A DNA stretch of 64,000 bases from Amphiscolops sp. MND2022 (GCA_964187785.1 OZ076409.1:66280001-66344000); one strand, 5' to 3'; positions 45,435 to 58,379 are shown, counted from the stretch's first letter. Notes: a model not told the origin generated them from the letters alone. Translations and numbers: made by a program.

Positions 45435-47339
45435 GGTAATCAGTAAATTGTAAATTTTTAGAAAGTCTGAAAAAAGCTGAAAGAAGTGATTACAAAATCT
45501 GGCAATCAGATCTTTTTCTGTAGATCAGAGAGACCACAGTTGATGTCACGTACATTCAATATTCTTAGGTGTACCAAATATAAATTTGAGAATATTAAAA
45601 AGAACTGTTTTGAGTGCTTGAGTCCATTAATCCAAGAAAACGATAAACAAAGATCGAAGACGTGGTTTGGAATAATAAAAAAGCTTATATAAATTTTAAT
45701 AATTATCCCAAGACAGGACAAGTGAACTTCTGGAAACTTGCGAGGCACCTGTATTGGCTGTGGTTTTCTGACCGTCAACCAGAAACTTAAATCCTCATAA
45801 AAATTATCTGGACGTGCTCAACCCTAATTTGAAAGGCGTATATCCGGCTGGAGCCAGTAGTTAAACCGTTCACTATACAACACATTTACCAAACCCCCGT
45901 CTCCTCATCATGATCACCCGGAGAAGTTTCCCATCAGGTTGGCGCTGACTGGACACTTTGCTTATTGGGCCTTCTTTTCGAGCACATGCATATTTGACCT
46001 CTTCTTTTGAAGACTTCTTTTCATGGCTCTTCAGATTTGATTTATGAGTGAACTGTTTTTTCATTGTCCTTGAGGTATAACCTAGAGGCATTTCTTTTTC
46101 TGTGAATGGACAAGCTAGGTCCAGAAACCCACACCTTTACACAAACGAAGAACTAGTTTAGGTCTGTATTGTCTTGAAGTTTCTAGGTACAACTCTTTCT
46201 TTCCACTTGAAGCAAGCTTCTGGTTAGACGTTTCCCGGGTCTTCTATACTAAAAGATTCTTGCCATCTTGTGACGCATTTGTCTTCTGCATTTGTGCATT
46301 CCCGGAAATTGCAGCATTTGCATCGAGATTCTGGATTCGGATGGATGTCCGTCAGTTGCTGTTTAATTGTCAGCTTCTGGGGCCAGCTATTCTCCTAGGT
46401 TGAGTCCATTAAGACGTGAGGAGATTTTCTAGCTTGCCCCTTCAATACTCTTCCTTCCTTCGTCTCATTTCCTTTCCTTTTATCTGCAATTCGTTCCGAA
46501 GCGTCCACTTGATGAATAATTGCTGTATAGACTCACGACACTTCGCTCATTTGGTTAGGTGCAAAGTTGAGGAGCAGGAAGTAAGAGTTTCGAAAGTCGC
46601 GCTGCTCTTCAAGGGTTCCAAGTTTGAATTTTACAAGTGTGACTTTTACAAAACCTTTTTCTTTCACCTAAGGGCCCCGTTTAGGTTTCCACATTTTCCT
46701 TTAAGAATAAACATTTTTCGCCCTTGTTGAAACTGCTTGAACTTTTTGCATGTACTTTAACGTTGCCACCAACTTTTATTGATTTTCTAAAACTGTTACG
46801 GAAACTTTCATACGAAAATATTTCCCTGTTGTATTTAACTTTTATCAAGTTGCTTGAATTATTCATCAATGTTTTGACGACAATTTTAAGCCTTGAAATT
46901 TTACAGGTTTCATTAAGCAGCAGTTAGAATTTTAAAAGCCACAATGTTGATTTCAGTTTTACCGCTAATTTAAAACAAAATAACTTCAGTCGCGTAATAA
47001 ACTGCATATTAGCGTCATGTTTAGCGTGCTATTTGAGAAGTGGTGATCACGTCAGGTTGAGTAGTTGAGGAAACGAAGTCTGAATACAAAATGGTCGTGT
47101 GGGCGGTAATGTAGTGAAATTTATTTTCAAATTAAATTGCAGTAGTGGAAAATGCAGTGTAATTGAACATGAGTTACCACCCGAAGTTCAGTGACTTTTC
47201 TAGGTTTTATAAAAAAATTACCCTGCATGCAGGCCTGAAGCATGTAAAAACGTTCTTGCAGTATCAACTAGGGCGAGCAAAAACGAGTTCGTTTCTTGAG
47301 ATTTTCGACTACATGTGAGATTTTTTCGCGATGAAGGGC

Positions 47340-47518
47340 TGGTGGAAGTTTGAGCAATTCCCACCATTTTGGATTTCTAAAGTTTTTGCTTCAGAAAAAG
47401 CGCTCTTCGAGTATCAACGGTAACCTCTCAGTTTTTTGGTACTGTGCGACTGACAAGACTTTTATTTTTGCATTTTTCAACTTTAGGTCTGGCGCACACT
47501 TGGGCCGTTCCGAATTGT
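47340..47518 (-). mobile_element. 5' fragment of the HINE-like family, reverse orientation
   Basis: Reverse complement reads ACAATTCGGAACGGCCCAAGTGTGCGCCAGACCTAAAG. Left boundary approximate. Confidence 0.5.
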
Positions 47519-47607
47519 TTTTTATTGGCATAACTCTGAAGCATCAATCGAACTAAAGAATTTTACAAAACAACAAATTTAGACCCTTGCGGCTTCTAAT
47601 GCTGCAG

Positions 47608-48606
47608 ATTTTCCAGGTCATGATTCCTTTTTGGGGCACGAGCTTTGCGAGATGCCCATATGGTGACGTTTTTTTTCGCAGATTTCGTGACATGTGCCAA
47701 TTTTTCAAACTTGTGAGGCAAATTTCTCAAAACACAGAGCAGATACGGACACCATATTTTCGCTAAAAGTTGCACAGGATCCTAGGCTACATTTTCGCCG
47801 AAAAACTTTTTCGAAAAAAACTCGGCTTCATTGGTTTTTTTCAAAAGAATTTTTGAAAAAACGCTATTTTTGACTATTTTTCATCTTTGATCCCCTATAT
47901 CTCAGAACTGAGACCAAATACAGGGTCCATGGTTTCGTTAATTGTACAAGCGTTTTATAGGCTACATTTTGACCTAAAAATTACGTCAAATTTTTTTCAT
48001 ACTTGGTGTTTTTGGGCAAAAAAGAGGACAAAAAATTTTTGAAAAATTTTTTCTCATTCGTAGCTCATATTTCTCAAAACTGATAAAAGATACAGAAACG
48101 GTTCTCTTTCGAGAAGAACAGCATAGATATAGGCTATTTTTTGGACCAACAAAGTTACCGTCATCAAGTATGACGCCTTCGTTTTTCTGCCAAAAAAAAC
48201 TTCAATTTTTTTCGAAAAAATTTATTCGTTCTTTTTTACTTGAGCTCGTATATCTCATGACCGAGACCAAATATGGGGTTCATGGTTTCGTGAATTTTAC
48301 GAGGCGTATGTAGGCTACGTTTTGGCTAAAAGTGATGCCGAAATTTTTTCGCTCTGGGTTTTTTTCAGCAAATAATTAATGAAAACATTTTTCTGAGAAT
48401 TTTTTCCATTTTTTTCCAATTTGTAGCTGATTTTCCAAAAAAAATTTCCTTCCTCTTTTTAGTTCTTTCATCAAAATATCCTCATCTGAGACTGGATAAG
48501 TTCACAAGGTTGTGGGCCCTGGAACACAAAGAATAACACCTTCTGGAGACCATTGAACGTTTCTGTTCGTGCCCAAGCGCGACATGCCGTCGCGCCTATG
48601 TTTTTT
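47608..48606. mobile_element. non-autonomous element or nested elements with ~4 diverged ~175-bp internal repeats and terminal hairpins
   Basis: Repeated AT(A/T)TCTCA..GA.AC..AGGCTAC(A/G)TTTT blocks near 47720, 47895, 48068 and 48250; T-run + GGGCA..TGCCC hairpin near 47630; hairpin + CTATGTTTT at 48577-48606. Confidence 0.5.
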
Positions 48607-49563
48607 CCTGTCCCATAAATGTGACATTTTTGTGATTTTTCATTTTCGAACCCTAATTCGTCTCAATTTATGATACATACTTACCTGCTGTCATCGAAGA
48701 AAATTGACCAAATTCTGTACAAAAGCATTTCGGTTTCATGAATTTCACGACGAAACAACTTGGAAAAGTACGCACCCTTAAATTCTTTTGATTCGTACCC
48801 TCGTCTTGTGACAAAAGGGCTGAGAGACAACTCAACCCAATTTTGCTGGTATAGTTAGCACAGCAGATAGAAATATTATGATCCCCACTGTCACCCCATA
48901 CTACTAGGTTTTCAAGTGTTCGGAGGTTTCGAGTGTAAAAATTGTTTTAAAAATTGTTACCTCGCTGTTCTTTTTTGTGTTTTGACGCTAGGGGTCTCGG
49001 TATTGCTGTTTTTGAAACTATTTCAAAACGAAAATAATGGAAAATTTTGGGATTACGATCAAACTGCAAAGCAAAACTACAAGCAATAGCACCTTGAATC
49101 AACTTTGTTCAGAAAAGGGCATCCATGGTGAAGGCCTGCGTCAAAAATTGCTCAGGAAACAACCACTGAACTATGGAACTAAACGAAATTTGTTTTTATA
49201 GTTAAAATCGAGAAATCTATAAAACTTTGGTTGTTTGCAAACTTTTGGTACCCTTCTTTACGTCAAATGTGGTTTCATGTCTGGCGAAGTTATACTCTGA
49301 GCCCTATTGACGTTTTGCCCTCTGGTTTTCGCTTTGCGTCTCAATTGTTCACAATTCCTTCTTTGCAAGCATATCTTCTTCAAACTGAATACCGATGTAG
49401 CAAACAAAACAAGGTGGACAAGAAATTAATAGATAGATGCTTTCAATTATATGTTGTTGATTTTTTTCCATAACCAGAGTGGTTTTGGAAACTGTTGGAT
49501 GCAAATGGTGACCACTGATTTGAAACTGATCTTGGCAAGATCTAGTCTAGATCTTGGAAAAAT

Positions 49564-50267
49564 TGTAACGTCACCCTATGATCAACGAAATTTTTGGAAA
49601 ATGTTGAAAAATTCGTTCAAAAATGACGTGGCCCAAGAAGGTGCCTTTACGAAGTACCATCCAGCAAAAAAGCATAAAGGAACAAAAAGAGGGCAACCCC
49701 GCGAAGCAGAAGAGCGGAAAGAACGTGTATGGTCACGAATTAGTGTATTTCGACAGCCCATGCGCTGAAACTCTAGACGTCAACAGCAGTTTACCCGAAA
49801 AACAGCATGACGGTGTGATCGCAATATCCATGCCCGGGGTTGTGCCCAGCTCGAGCGCTGGTGCCATGCCACCCAGGAACCCGCCCAATTCGCCAAACTG
49901 GACTTCAGTACCAGATTTTAGTGTTTACCGTATTTGTTTGATTAATTAGTAGCTCGAGGGGTACTCAGTTGATGCTATTTACAGTAGATTCCCATCTGGA
50001 GAAATTTAGTTCTATGCAACCTCGCCCCTTTTTATAGGCTATTTACGCAGTGGATACGAAGAGAAAAGCGTATTTCATGTGACTTATAGCAATTACAGAC
50101 TGGAACACGTCAGCGAGCAACCCTGTAGACGGTTCTCCCTCCTCGGGACCGGCTTCCTTAGCAGGACAAAATGGGCTGGAGTTACGGTGATTGGTCCCGA
50201 ATCTTAATCCATGACATCAGTTCCTCCAATCTGTGTAGCGAACAAACGCTAGGCGCTTTTCATTACA
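49564..50267 (-). mobile_element. probable solo LTR (~704 bp) of a third family
   Basis: TGTAA...TTACA termini; interrupts the host element; TATAAAAAGGGG on the minus strand (~50036-50025). TSD imperfect (aat/aac). Confidence 0.65.
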
Positions 50268-50649
50268 AACCTTAGCTAAGATCGTGACAAGATATTGCCA
50301 AGAATTGCAAGATGTCTTGGTAAGATCTCATCAAGACACTCATGTTTTCAAGAAAATAGTACTAAGAAGCCCAATATGGCAAAAAATTTTACTAAGAAGC
50401 CCAATATGGCAAGAAAAATGTTACTACGAAGCCGAATATAGCAAAAAACTTTTCTACGAACTGCTTGATATCGAGAAAAAGTAGAATCAGAAAACCATTA
50501 ATTTAAAATGTAGGCAAAAATAATCTAGATACCATTCAAAACAATAAAACTACTGGATGGTCTTTATAACAACTACAAACCAGAACGACGATGTTTTCTC
50601 AATTTCATAATGAAACCACCTGGAAAAACCTTGTACACCGGTTTTCATT

Positions 50650-50960
50650 TCACATGAATAAGGTCTAAAGCACTGGAATAACTCTTGAATTAAGAACTAG
50701 AATTACTGGAATACCTATAAATCACAAGAATAACATGTAAAAATCACTGAATTTATTTCAAAAATCACAGGAATAAGATGTAAAAGCACTGGAATAACAT
50801 CTGAAACCACTGAATTAAGACCTTGAACCACTGGATTATCTATGAATCACGAATAACATCTACATTTCACTGCTCATATCTAAAAACGACTGGATCACCA
50901 TCTAAAACCACTGATTTGAAACTGAAAACACTAGACTAGGACTAAATTCTCTGAAATAAG
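50650..50960 (+). repeat. degenerate ~21-bp minisatellite (CACTGGAATAACATCTAAAAC-like)
   Basis: CAC(T/A)G recurs with ~21-bp spacing more than a dozen times. Confidence 0.75.
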
Positions 50961-51171
50961 ATATAAAATTCCCCAAAATGACAATATTTTGCCAATTTCA
51001 TCCTGAAAACCAAAAAACTGGTTGTCACGTCTTATTTCATTGTCGTAGGATCTAAAGCCACTGATATTAGGTCTAAAACTCCCCAGAACGACGATATTTT
51101 CTCAATTTCATAATGAAAACCCCTGAAAAAACCTTGTTCGTTGGTTTTCATTTCACAGGAATAAGATCTAA

Positions 51172-51407
51172 AGCCTAAGATCTAAGACACCAAATCGAAA
51201 TAAGATCTAACGGAATAAGGCCTAACTGAAACACGTTGCGCCTAAGATCTAACGGAATAATTTGCAATTTGATTATTTTTTGTCTTAGATATTGGGTGCA
51301 AGTCGTATTCTTATATTTAATCTTAGGCGTAAGGTGATTATTGAGCATGTTAGATCTTTAGATCTTATTCCGTTCGATCTTAGGCGTTAGATCTTATTCC
51401 GTCCTCC
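51172..51407. mobile_element. MITE-like fragment with inverted CGGAATAAGATCTAAC repeats
   Basis: AATAAGATCTAACGGAATAAG on the left versus GTTAGATCTTATTCCGT on the right, ending in CCTCCC. Confidence 0.55.
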
Positions 51408-52396
51408 CTAGGCTGAGAAATCGCGTAAAGACCCGGCAAACGAATTATTATACGAATGTAACTATTTTCACCACTCTTGATCGAAATTTTGAAATCTTAT
51501 CATTTTTCAATCTTAGTAAAATTCGATCTTGGGATAATGATACATCCTGGTAAGATCTTGGTAAGAATCTTGCTATGGGATCCATGGTTGCCGTGCAAGA
51601 TGTAGAAAGAATTTGGCAAGATCTTGCCATGGCATCCAAGATGCTAGTAAGAGGGTCAACCCGGGTACTTTAAACAAACCAATGTTGAGGACAAGGTCCT
51701 AAAGAACTTTTCATTAATTAATTTGTGAAACGAAACATTCAATTTGCGTGTTTGAATTTAGCTATATACCTTTTTTCCAAGTTTATCCCTACTTGCAATT
51801 AAAATGCTTAGGTATTGACTTAAAATTTTGAAACAAAGACTTACGCAGCCAGGGCAGTTCTGAAAATACCAATTCTATCTATATTTCTCGTAGGTTCTGC
51901 CATCCAACCCACAAACATGGCAAGTACAGTTTTCAAACCACTGTGGCTAAAAACTCCGACTTCAAACGAAGAAAATATTGGAAAAGTGTGAAGAAATAGA
52001 AAATTAATTGAGCGACAAAAACATGAAAGGTAAGAAAGCAAAGGTAAACAATACAAAGCCGGTGTTTAGAGGAAATCAAAGCTTTTCATCTTTTGTCCAT
52101 TTTATTAGTTTCTTTGTAGTTTCAATCTTGAAATGCAATAGTATACTATGGAACACATGTATATGGAGTATATGGATAAATGGTATATACACCATGGCTT
52201 GAGGTACGTCATAAAATACTTTTTAATAATGGTTTTACTAACATTACGTCGTAGGGTTACTACCAATGTTAACTTACCATGAAAAAGACCGGGCGTATCC
52301 GGACAATTCAGTCCCTTGCCGGGACATGAAGTTCATCGAAGGATGACTCAGATACCATTGATATCTCTATAGAGATTACAAAAAAGTCTGCGATAC

Positions 52397-52592
52397 TGTT
52401 GTATCTCTGTTCTAACTCGTTAAAGAATGTAAGAGATCTAAGAATTAACTCGTTTTCACTGATGTCTTTTCTATCACTGAGTATAGACATTCATCTGCGC
52501 TTAAGTGCCAGGACTGGTATTTAATATAAATAACATAAAGAAAGCAGACTACTTAGTTTCTAAAGTTTGTGAGAGTTCTTCTGTCCTCTACA
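52397..52592 (-). repeat. 3' LTR of element 2 (196 bp)
   Basis: TG...CA; differs from the 5' LTR by 5 substitutions and 1 indel (hand count). Confidence 0.97.
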
Positions 52593-52609
52593 TTCCCCCT
52601 TCTTCTACT
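52593..52609 (-). promoter_or_regulatory. polypurine tract AGTAGAAGAAGGGGGAA
   Basis: Immediately precedes the 3' LTR on the sense strand. Confidence 0.9.
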
Positions 52610-55532
52610 ATTGGCTGATATCTCTGCCAATGGGGATTCCTGCTTTCTGTTGTGGCGGTTGTTGTTCCTCCACTGGTCCAGTTTGTGGTGGACGGTTGAC
52701 CGTTCCTGGCTGTTTTGTTTGTCACGGTTGTTGTTTGGCGGTTGTGTCAAGATTTTGTTTTGTGACCGGTTTACTGGTTGTTGTTCCCCTCCTTCGGTTT
52801 GGCTTTTTGTTGATCCGGTGTGGCTTCCGAATTCAGTCTGTTTACGGTGTTTCCTGTAATCATGACAAATTGGGTTATTATACCTAATAATAGGATTAGT
52901 TTTTGTCAGTCTTTTCGATCTGCGTACAGGTTCTTTTTCTTCGGTTTCAATTTCGGTGCTTGAGCTCAGATTACTTGCTAGTTCTAATTCAGAGTTTTCC
53001 AGGTTCTCTGCTAACAATTTTGTGTTATTATCAGTAAGTACCTTACCGTTTTCGTCTGGGATGAAAATTGCTTGCTCTGCGCTATTAGCGTCTTCTATGG
53101 CACGGTCTATTTCCGTGTCCGTCATGTTTGACGTTGTGATTGTCAACGGGCCCATGTTGTTTCCCGGTATAGGTGTGTTGGCTGTATTTGGGCTGGCACG
53201 GTCTCAGATTAATTTTAGGCGTCCTCGGCCGAGTGTGCTCTTCTTGATGGTTGTGTCTATGGGGAGCTCTGGCGTCTTTGGGCTGTTTATGTCCATTGGT
53301 GGTGTTTCCGATTCGGTGTCCGAGTTCGATTATCATTGCCCGCTGATGTTTGGATGGTGATTTGACGAATCGGCCGTCCGGTCCGCGTGGCCCAATTCCT
53401 CTGTTGGTGTTTTCCTGGTTAAAATCAATAGGTTTACTTATCATTTTTCGATGTATTACCCTCCCGTTTGGGGTGGTTACTGTATAATTTGTGCCCGATA
53501 TTGCTAGCTGTGGTTTATCGGAATATGCACTTTCTAGTTTATTTCGTTGGTGTTTTTTCTCTAGAAAAAAGAAAGGACAACTTACTCCTTTTGAGTTTTT
53601 CTTCGGCTTCATGGGTAGCTGGTCAGACACATCGCCAGCTCCACTGAAAGAGTATACCTGTAAGGTATCTGGTTTAGCTGAAACGGAACGTTTTGTTAGT
53701 TTTTCAATTTCATCCAGGTTTAGTAAGTTACTTATTGCCGTGTTCGGTTTTCTACCGTAGTGTAGTTCGAAAGCGGACTTTTTCAGTCGTGTGTGAGGCG
53801 TTTTTCTCATTACGTCTAGAGATATAGCTAGGTCTTTTCCGAAACGTTCTCCGGCTTTAATGTTTGTTAGTAGGTTTTCTTTCAGAGTTCTTACTCCACG
53901 CTCTACCAGGCCGGTAGGTGTGTGTATACACGGTGTCCCGTATAATAATTTTATGTAGTGTTTCTTGCAGAAGTCTCTGAAGAGTCGTCCCGTAAACGCG
54001 AAGGCCTTATCGGTTCTAATTATTTTCGGTATGCCGTTTAGCCGAATGTATTGGTCGAGAAATTTTACTGCCGTTTCACCGTCCGTTGAAGTGCAAAAAC
54101 TGGCCGCTGGCCATTTACTGTACCGGTCCATGGACAATAAGATGTAAAATCGACGGTTGTTTTCCGTCATTGGACCGATGAAATCCAGTTGAATTTCTTC
54201 GTTTGGATTATCCAATGGTGGAAGACTATTTATTTCCGTGCTAGGTATGTTAGGTTTTATGTTCTTACCGGACATTTTGCAGGGTAGACATGTTTCACAC
54301 TTCTTTTGAATTGCCTCGGTCATCCGTGGCCACCAGAAATGTCGTGCTGCGAGGGACATTTTGTTGATGGCTGGGTGGCCTTTGTGCAGGAGGCTGATGA
54401 TGGTCGCTCTAAGGTTTTTGGGGACAATAATTTTGTCTTCGATGAAGACCAGACCGAATCGGCTCGATAGCTTTCTTTTGTGCATTTGGTATTCTTCAGG
54501 AATCAACTCATGCTGCTGTCGTTCCAAGCTAACAAGTGTATTCAGTAATGTGGGATCATTGGTGGTCTCGGTCATTAATAATTGTAAATCCGTTGAGAAA
54601 TTCTTTTTGGTCTCTCGCACGGCTTGTTCAAGGTCCCAGGTGTTTTCGTCCAGTGCAGCTACTTTGGGAGCGTGCCCCATTTTCACGTTTTGCACGCTTT
54701 TTACTCCTACAAAGCGTGCCCAATTCCATGCTGGTACTTCTAAGATGGACGGGTCTTGGTCCGTCTCTGCCTCAATTTCGCCTTCTTCCATGGGTATTTG
54801 GGCGAATTGGTGTTCCGTGTTTGCTGTTGCCGATGATGGTCCGGGCTTGTCGTATTGGCTCTGGTCGTGTTGTTGTTGTTAGACCGGTGTTGGTCGGTCC
54901 ATCTCCCAAAATGGATCTACTGTCCACTGTTCCGACCGTCTGGTTTGTGGCTGGAAGCCGCCACTGTGTTGCGGGCCAATTCTTTGTCTCAAGTCTCCCT
55001 GTTGTTGTTCTTTCATTATTTGTTGTAATCGCTCCTCGATTACTTTTCTCTCATTTCTGAGGAATTTTGGTTCGTGGTACTTTTTCCACTTCCCCCCGGT
55101 TAAACGGTAAATGCCGGGTTTTACTATGTTTATCCACCGTTGAATTAATTCAGTGGTTCCGGGTGATGAGTCTGCTGCTTCGAGATTATCAATTGTTCGG
55201 GCGTCCATTGTTATTTTTGAATTTGATCAGTTTTGTAAGTGATGAATTTCACGTGTGGACGGTAAGTTGTTAAGGCAATCAATGGCGTTTTGTTCACGCG
55301 TTTCTCGTGACCGCGGTTCGTTGTTTGTTTTGCGTTCGCTATCCGTCGTTCCGTTTTCTGATTGGTTAGTGTGGTTGCTAAGGCAACCATATTTGGAGAT
55401 GAATTTGTAGTGCGGCAAGATGTTGTTAATTACGTATTCTTCGTCGTATACGTCATCCGTTTGCGGCGGCGCTGACGGATTTCTGCTCAAGTAATCCGTG
55501 AGTGCTAGATGCTTGCCTGCGATATGGTTCAC
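52610..55532 (-). pseudogene. pol: end of RNase H, spacer, and integrase of element 2, broken by stops and frameshifts
   Basis: HIAGKHLALTDYLSR; HKGHPA...CETCLPC; QLDFIGP / IRTDKA / GLVERGV (DDE), spread over ORFs 55227-55532, 54879-55208, 53085-54791 and 52553-53155. Confidence 0.9.
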
Positions 55533-57483
55533 GTTTATTGTGAAATGTGCTAATTGCTTGGTGGTCCGTGAGTAGTTTAATCGGTTTGCCGTAAATATAT
55601 AGTCGGAAGTTTTCTAGCCCCCAAACTACTGCTAAAAATTCGAGTTTGTAAATTGCGTATTTCTTTTCAGTGTCAGATAGAAATCGGCTTGCGAAACCGA
55701 TCGGTTCTAATTTTCCGTCCGGTTGTTCTTGCCATAGCGTCGCACCGAGGCCTTTTGTACTGGCGTCGGTTGTTATCACGTTTTGGTAGTCTGAATTGTA
55801 ATGTGCCAGACACGGTATTTCTGTGATCTTTTGTTTTAGATTTTCGAAGGCCCGTGTATGTTCTTCCGTCCATAACCATTCGGTGTCTTTCTTTAATAAT
55901 TGTCTCAAACTGTCCGTCTGTGCTGATAAATTGTCTATGTATTTGGACGGGTATTGGATGGCTCCCAGAAATGATTTGAGTTCTTTCTCGTTGTTTGGCT
56001 GTTTCAAATTATTTATTGCCATTAGTTTGTCCTGTAACGGTCTGATACCGTTTTGGTCAATTTTGTGGCCAATCCATTCGATTTCCGTTTTAAAGAATTC
56101 GGCTTTGTTTTCGCTCAGTCTGTATTCGGCGTTTTCTAGCCTGGTTAATACATCCACCAGTTCTTTTTTGTGTTGTTCTTTGGTGCCTTTTGTTACCACG
56201 ATTATGTCATCCAACCATGCTGGGTGTTTGTTTTCCAATGTTTGGTCAATTTGTTCTTGAAAAATTGTTGGTATGTCCGCTAATCCGTAAAACCCTTTCA
56301 GGAAACGGTAGTAACCGGTAAAGTTTCCACCGGTTACGGCAAATATGCACAGGTTTCGGGCTTCTCTGGATAATAGTAGTTGACCGTATGCGTAGTTCAA
56401 GTCGAATTTTGAGATCCATATTTCGTCTGCCGGTCCGTCCGCAATTTTCCTGGAGATTCTGGATATTAATTCCTCCATGTTAGGCATTTGTGCCTTTCTC
56501 TTGATGGTTATCTCATTTAATTTCCTTGAATGTAGTGCGATTTTTACCGATTTATCTTTCTTTACGGTGATGAATGCCGGGCTAACAAAACAATTCTCGT
56601 CAATGTTGTTTGCTTTTTCAATGTGGCCCTGTTTCATTAATTTGTTTATTTCCTTTTCAACCGATTGCTGTAAGTGAATCGGTATTGGTCTTCTTTTTTG
56701 TTGGATTAGTCTCGCATCTTCTTTTAGCTGTATTTTTACTTCTAATCCTTCCACAGTGTGGTTTTCATGAAAGAGTTTTTTGAAATTTCTTTTCAAGGAA
56801 GTAATATCCGGGTCTTCTGTGACGTGGTTTATCTGGGGGCCGGTTCTACCGGTGTCCAGTGTGATTCCCAGTTTTTTCATCCAGTCCAATCCTAACAAGG
56901 GATTGGTTTTCTTCGTGGTTATCAAGATTTCCAGATTATTTCGTTGTCCGTTTATTTCTACTGTTGCGGTCGTTTTTCCTTCGAATCGGATTTTGTTGTC
57001 ATTCACGTCTCTATATTCCGTTTTCAGCGGTTTCAACGGTGTAATCTTGTTGAAAAGTGATTTTGGTTTTAGTGTCACCGGTGATCCGCTGTCTATTATG
57101 AATTTGATTGGTCGGTTATTGACCAATGCAGTGAGGGTGAAAAAGTCTGGGTCGTCTTTATTCATTTGACGGGTTGAATGGATCTTCTGATTGATGCAGT
57201 GGATTGTGTTCGGTGACCAGTCGTCTTCCTCCGCACTACTGGTTTCTTGTTCCTGTATGCGGTTTATTTTCTTGTTTGTTCTGCAACATTTCGCGTAATG
57301 GCCGATCTTTTCGCATTTTGCGCATTTCTTCCCTCTGGCCGGACATTCGTGCTGTCTCGACCAGTTTGGAGCAGTCCATTTTCCTGAATTTGATCCGTTT
57401 ATCTGTTTGTTCTTTGAAGCTTTTTGCTTTTCTTTTAATGAGGTATCTGATCTTCTTTTCTTCTTCTGTTTCGGGTGAGTCAT
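55453..57483 (-). pseudogene. pol: nucleocapsid-protease-RT-RNase H segment of element 2
   Basis: CAKCEKIGHYAKCC knuckle, FIIDSGS, KFDLNYAY, GFYGL, AWLDDII, TTDAS, LLTDHQ. Confidence 0.92.
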
Positions 57484-58142
57484 TTAGTTACTCGTACATG
57501 TGTTCATGTAGTGCATCAGTGATTGCTTCCACTGACATGTCACTTTTTCTGATTTTTTTCTTGAGGTCGTAATCGCCTGTCGATTTTCCAATTACGGAGA
57601 GAATTTTGATGCTAGTAATTCCGCTGCGGTTATTGTTTCGACTTCGCAGTTTCTTTCAATTGTCAGTATCCGTTTCCAGACATCTGCCGCTGACTCTCCT
57701 TCTTCCCGTTTCAGTTCGATAAATCGGCTCTACTGTGGTGAACATTCCGTTCTGGGGTGAAATGTAACCGGAACAATGAGTACAGTTTGTGTAACGTTAA
57801 TGAGCTTGGTTCTCTTTCTCTAACCGTTCTGGTCATTTCCGTGATAGCATTTTGTCCAATTGCCCACAGAATTATGTCCTTTTTTCTGCTTCTAGTTGAT
57901 CACGGTATTGTGGCAGTATCTTTTTGCTGTTTGTCATCGTTGATAGATCTAGGTCTTTGGTCATTTTTATATACTGTGTGAACTTGTTTATCCAATATAG
58001 GAATGGTAAGTTTCTATGTGCAGGTCCGTTCCGTGGTTCTGTTCATTGTGTCGTTTGGTGGCGGTTGTCCGCGTTGGTGCGTTTCCGTCACCGTGCCGTT
58101 GGTACTTCCATTTATTGGAGAGGTATTTGTTCTGTAGTCCAT
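57484..58142 (-). pseudogene. gag: frameshifted gag of element 2
   Basis: Lies between the PBS and the knuckle; ATG at 58142; only short open stretches remain (e.g. REEGESAADVWKRIL). Confidence 0.7.
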
Positions 58143-58168
58143 TAATCTTCAATAACTTGTGAGGGTTA

Positions 58169-58182
58169 CTCTAACTGCGCCA
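58169..58182 (-). promoter_or_regulatory. primer binding site TGGCGCAGTTAGAG (tRNA-Ser-like)
   Basis: Directly adjacent to the 5' LTR; TGGCGCAGT resembles Ser-type PBSs. Confidence 0.8.
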
Positions 58183-58379
58183 TGTTGTATCTCTGTTCTA
58201 ACTTGTTAAAGAATGTAAGAGATCTAAGAATTAACTCGTTTTCACTGATGTCTTTTTCTATCACTGAGTATAGGCATTCATCTGCGCTTAAGTGGCAGGA
58301 CTGGTATTTAATATAAATAACATAAAGAAAGCAGACTAATTAGTTTCTAAAGTTTGTGAGAGTTCGTCTGTCCTCTACA
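58183..58379 (-). repeat. 5' LTR of element 2 (197 bp)
   Basis: Direct repeat of 52397-52592. Confidence 0.97.

Larger units (their letters stand above)
49528..51665. mobile_element. copy 2 of the AGATCT-rich TIR element, with nested insertions
   Basis: GATCTTGGAAAAAT|...|CTTAGCTAAGATC matches the uninterrupted copy at ~32713-32740; 3' end CCAAGATGCTAGTAAGAGGGTCAACCCGGG matches 33152-33181. Confidence 0.7.
52397..58379 (-). mobile_element. complete, degenerate Ty3/Gypsy LTR retrotransposon (element 2, 5983 bp, Mag-like features)
   Basis: Paired LTRs, TSD GATAC (52392-52396 / 58380-58384), PBS, PPT, and gag/PR/RT/RH/IN remnants. Confidence 0.97.

Noticed and set aside
52569..57981. Plus-strand ORFs over element 2
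   Set aside because: Antisense shadows of gag-pol.
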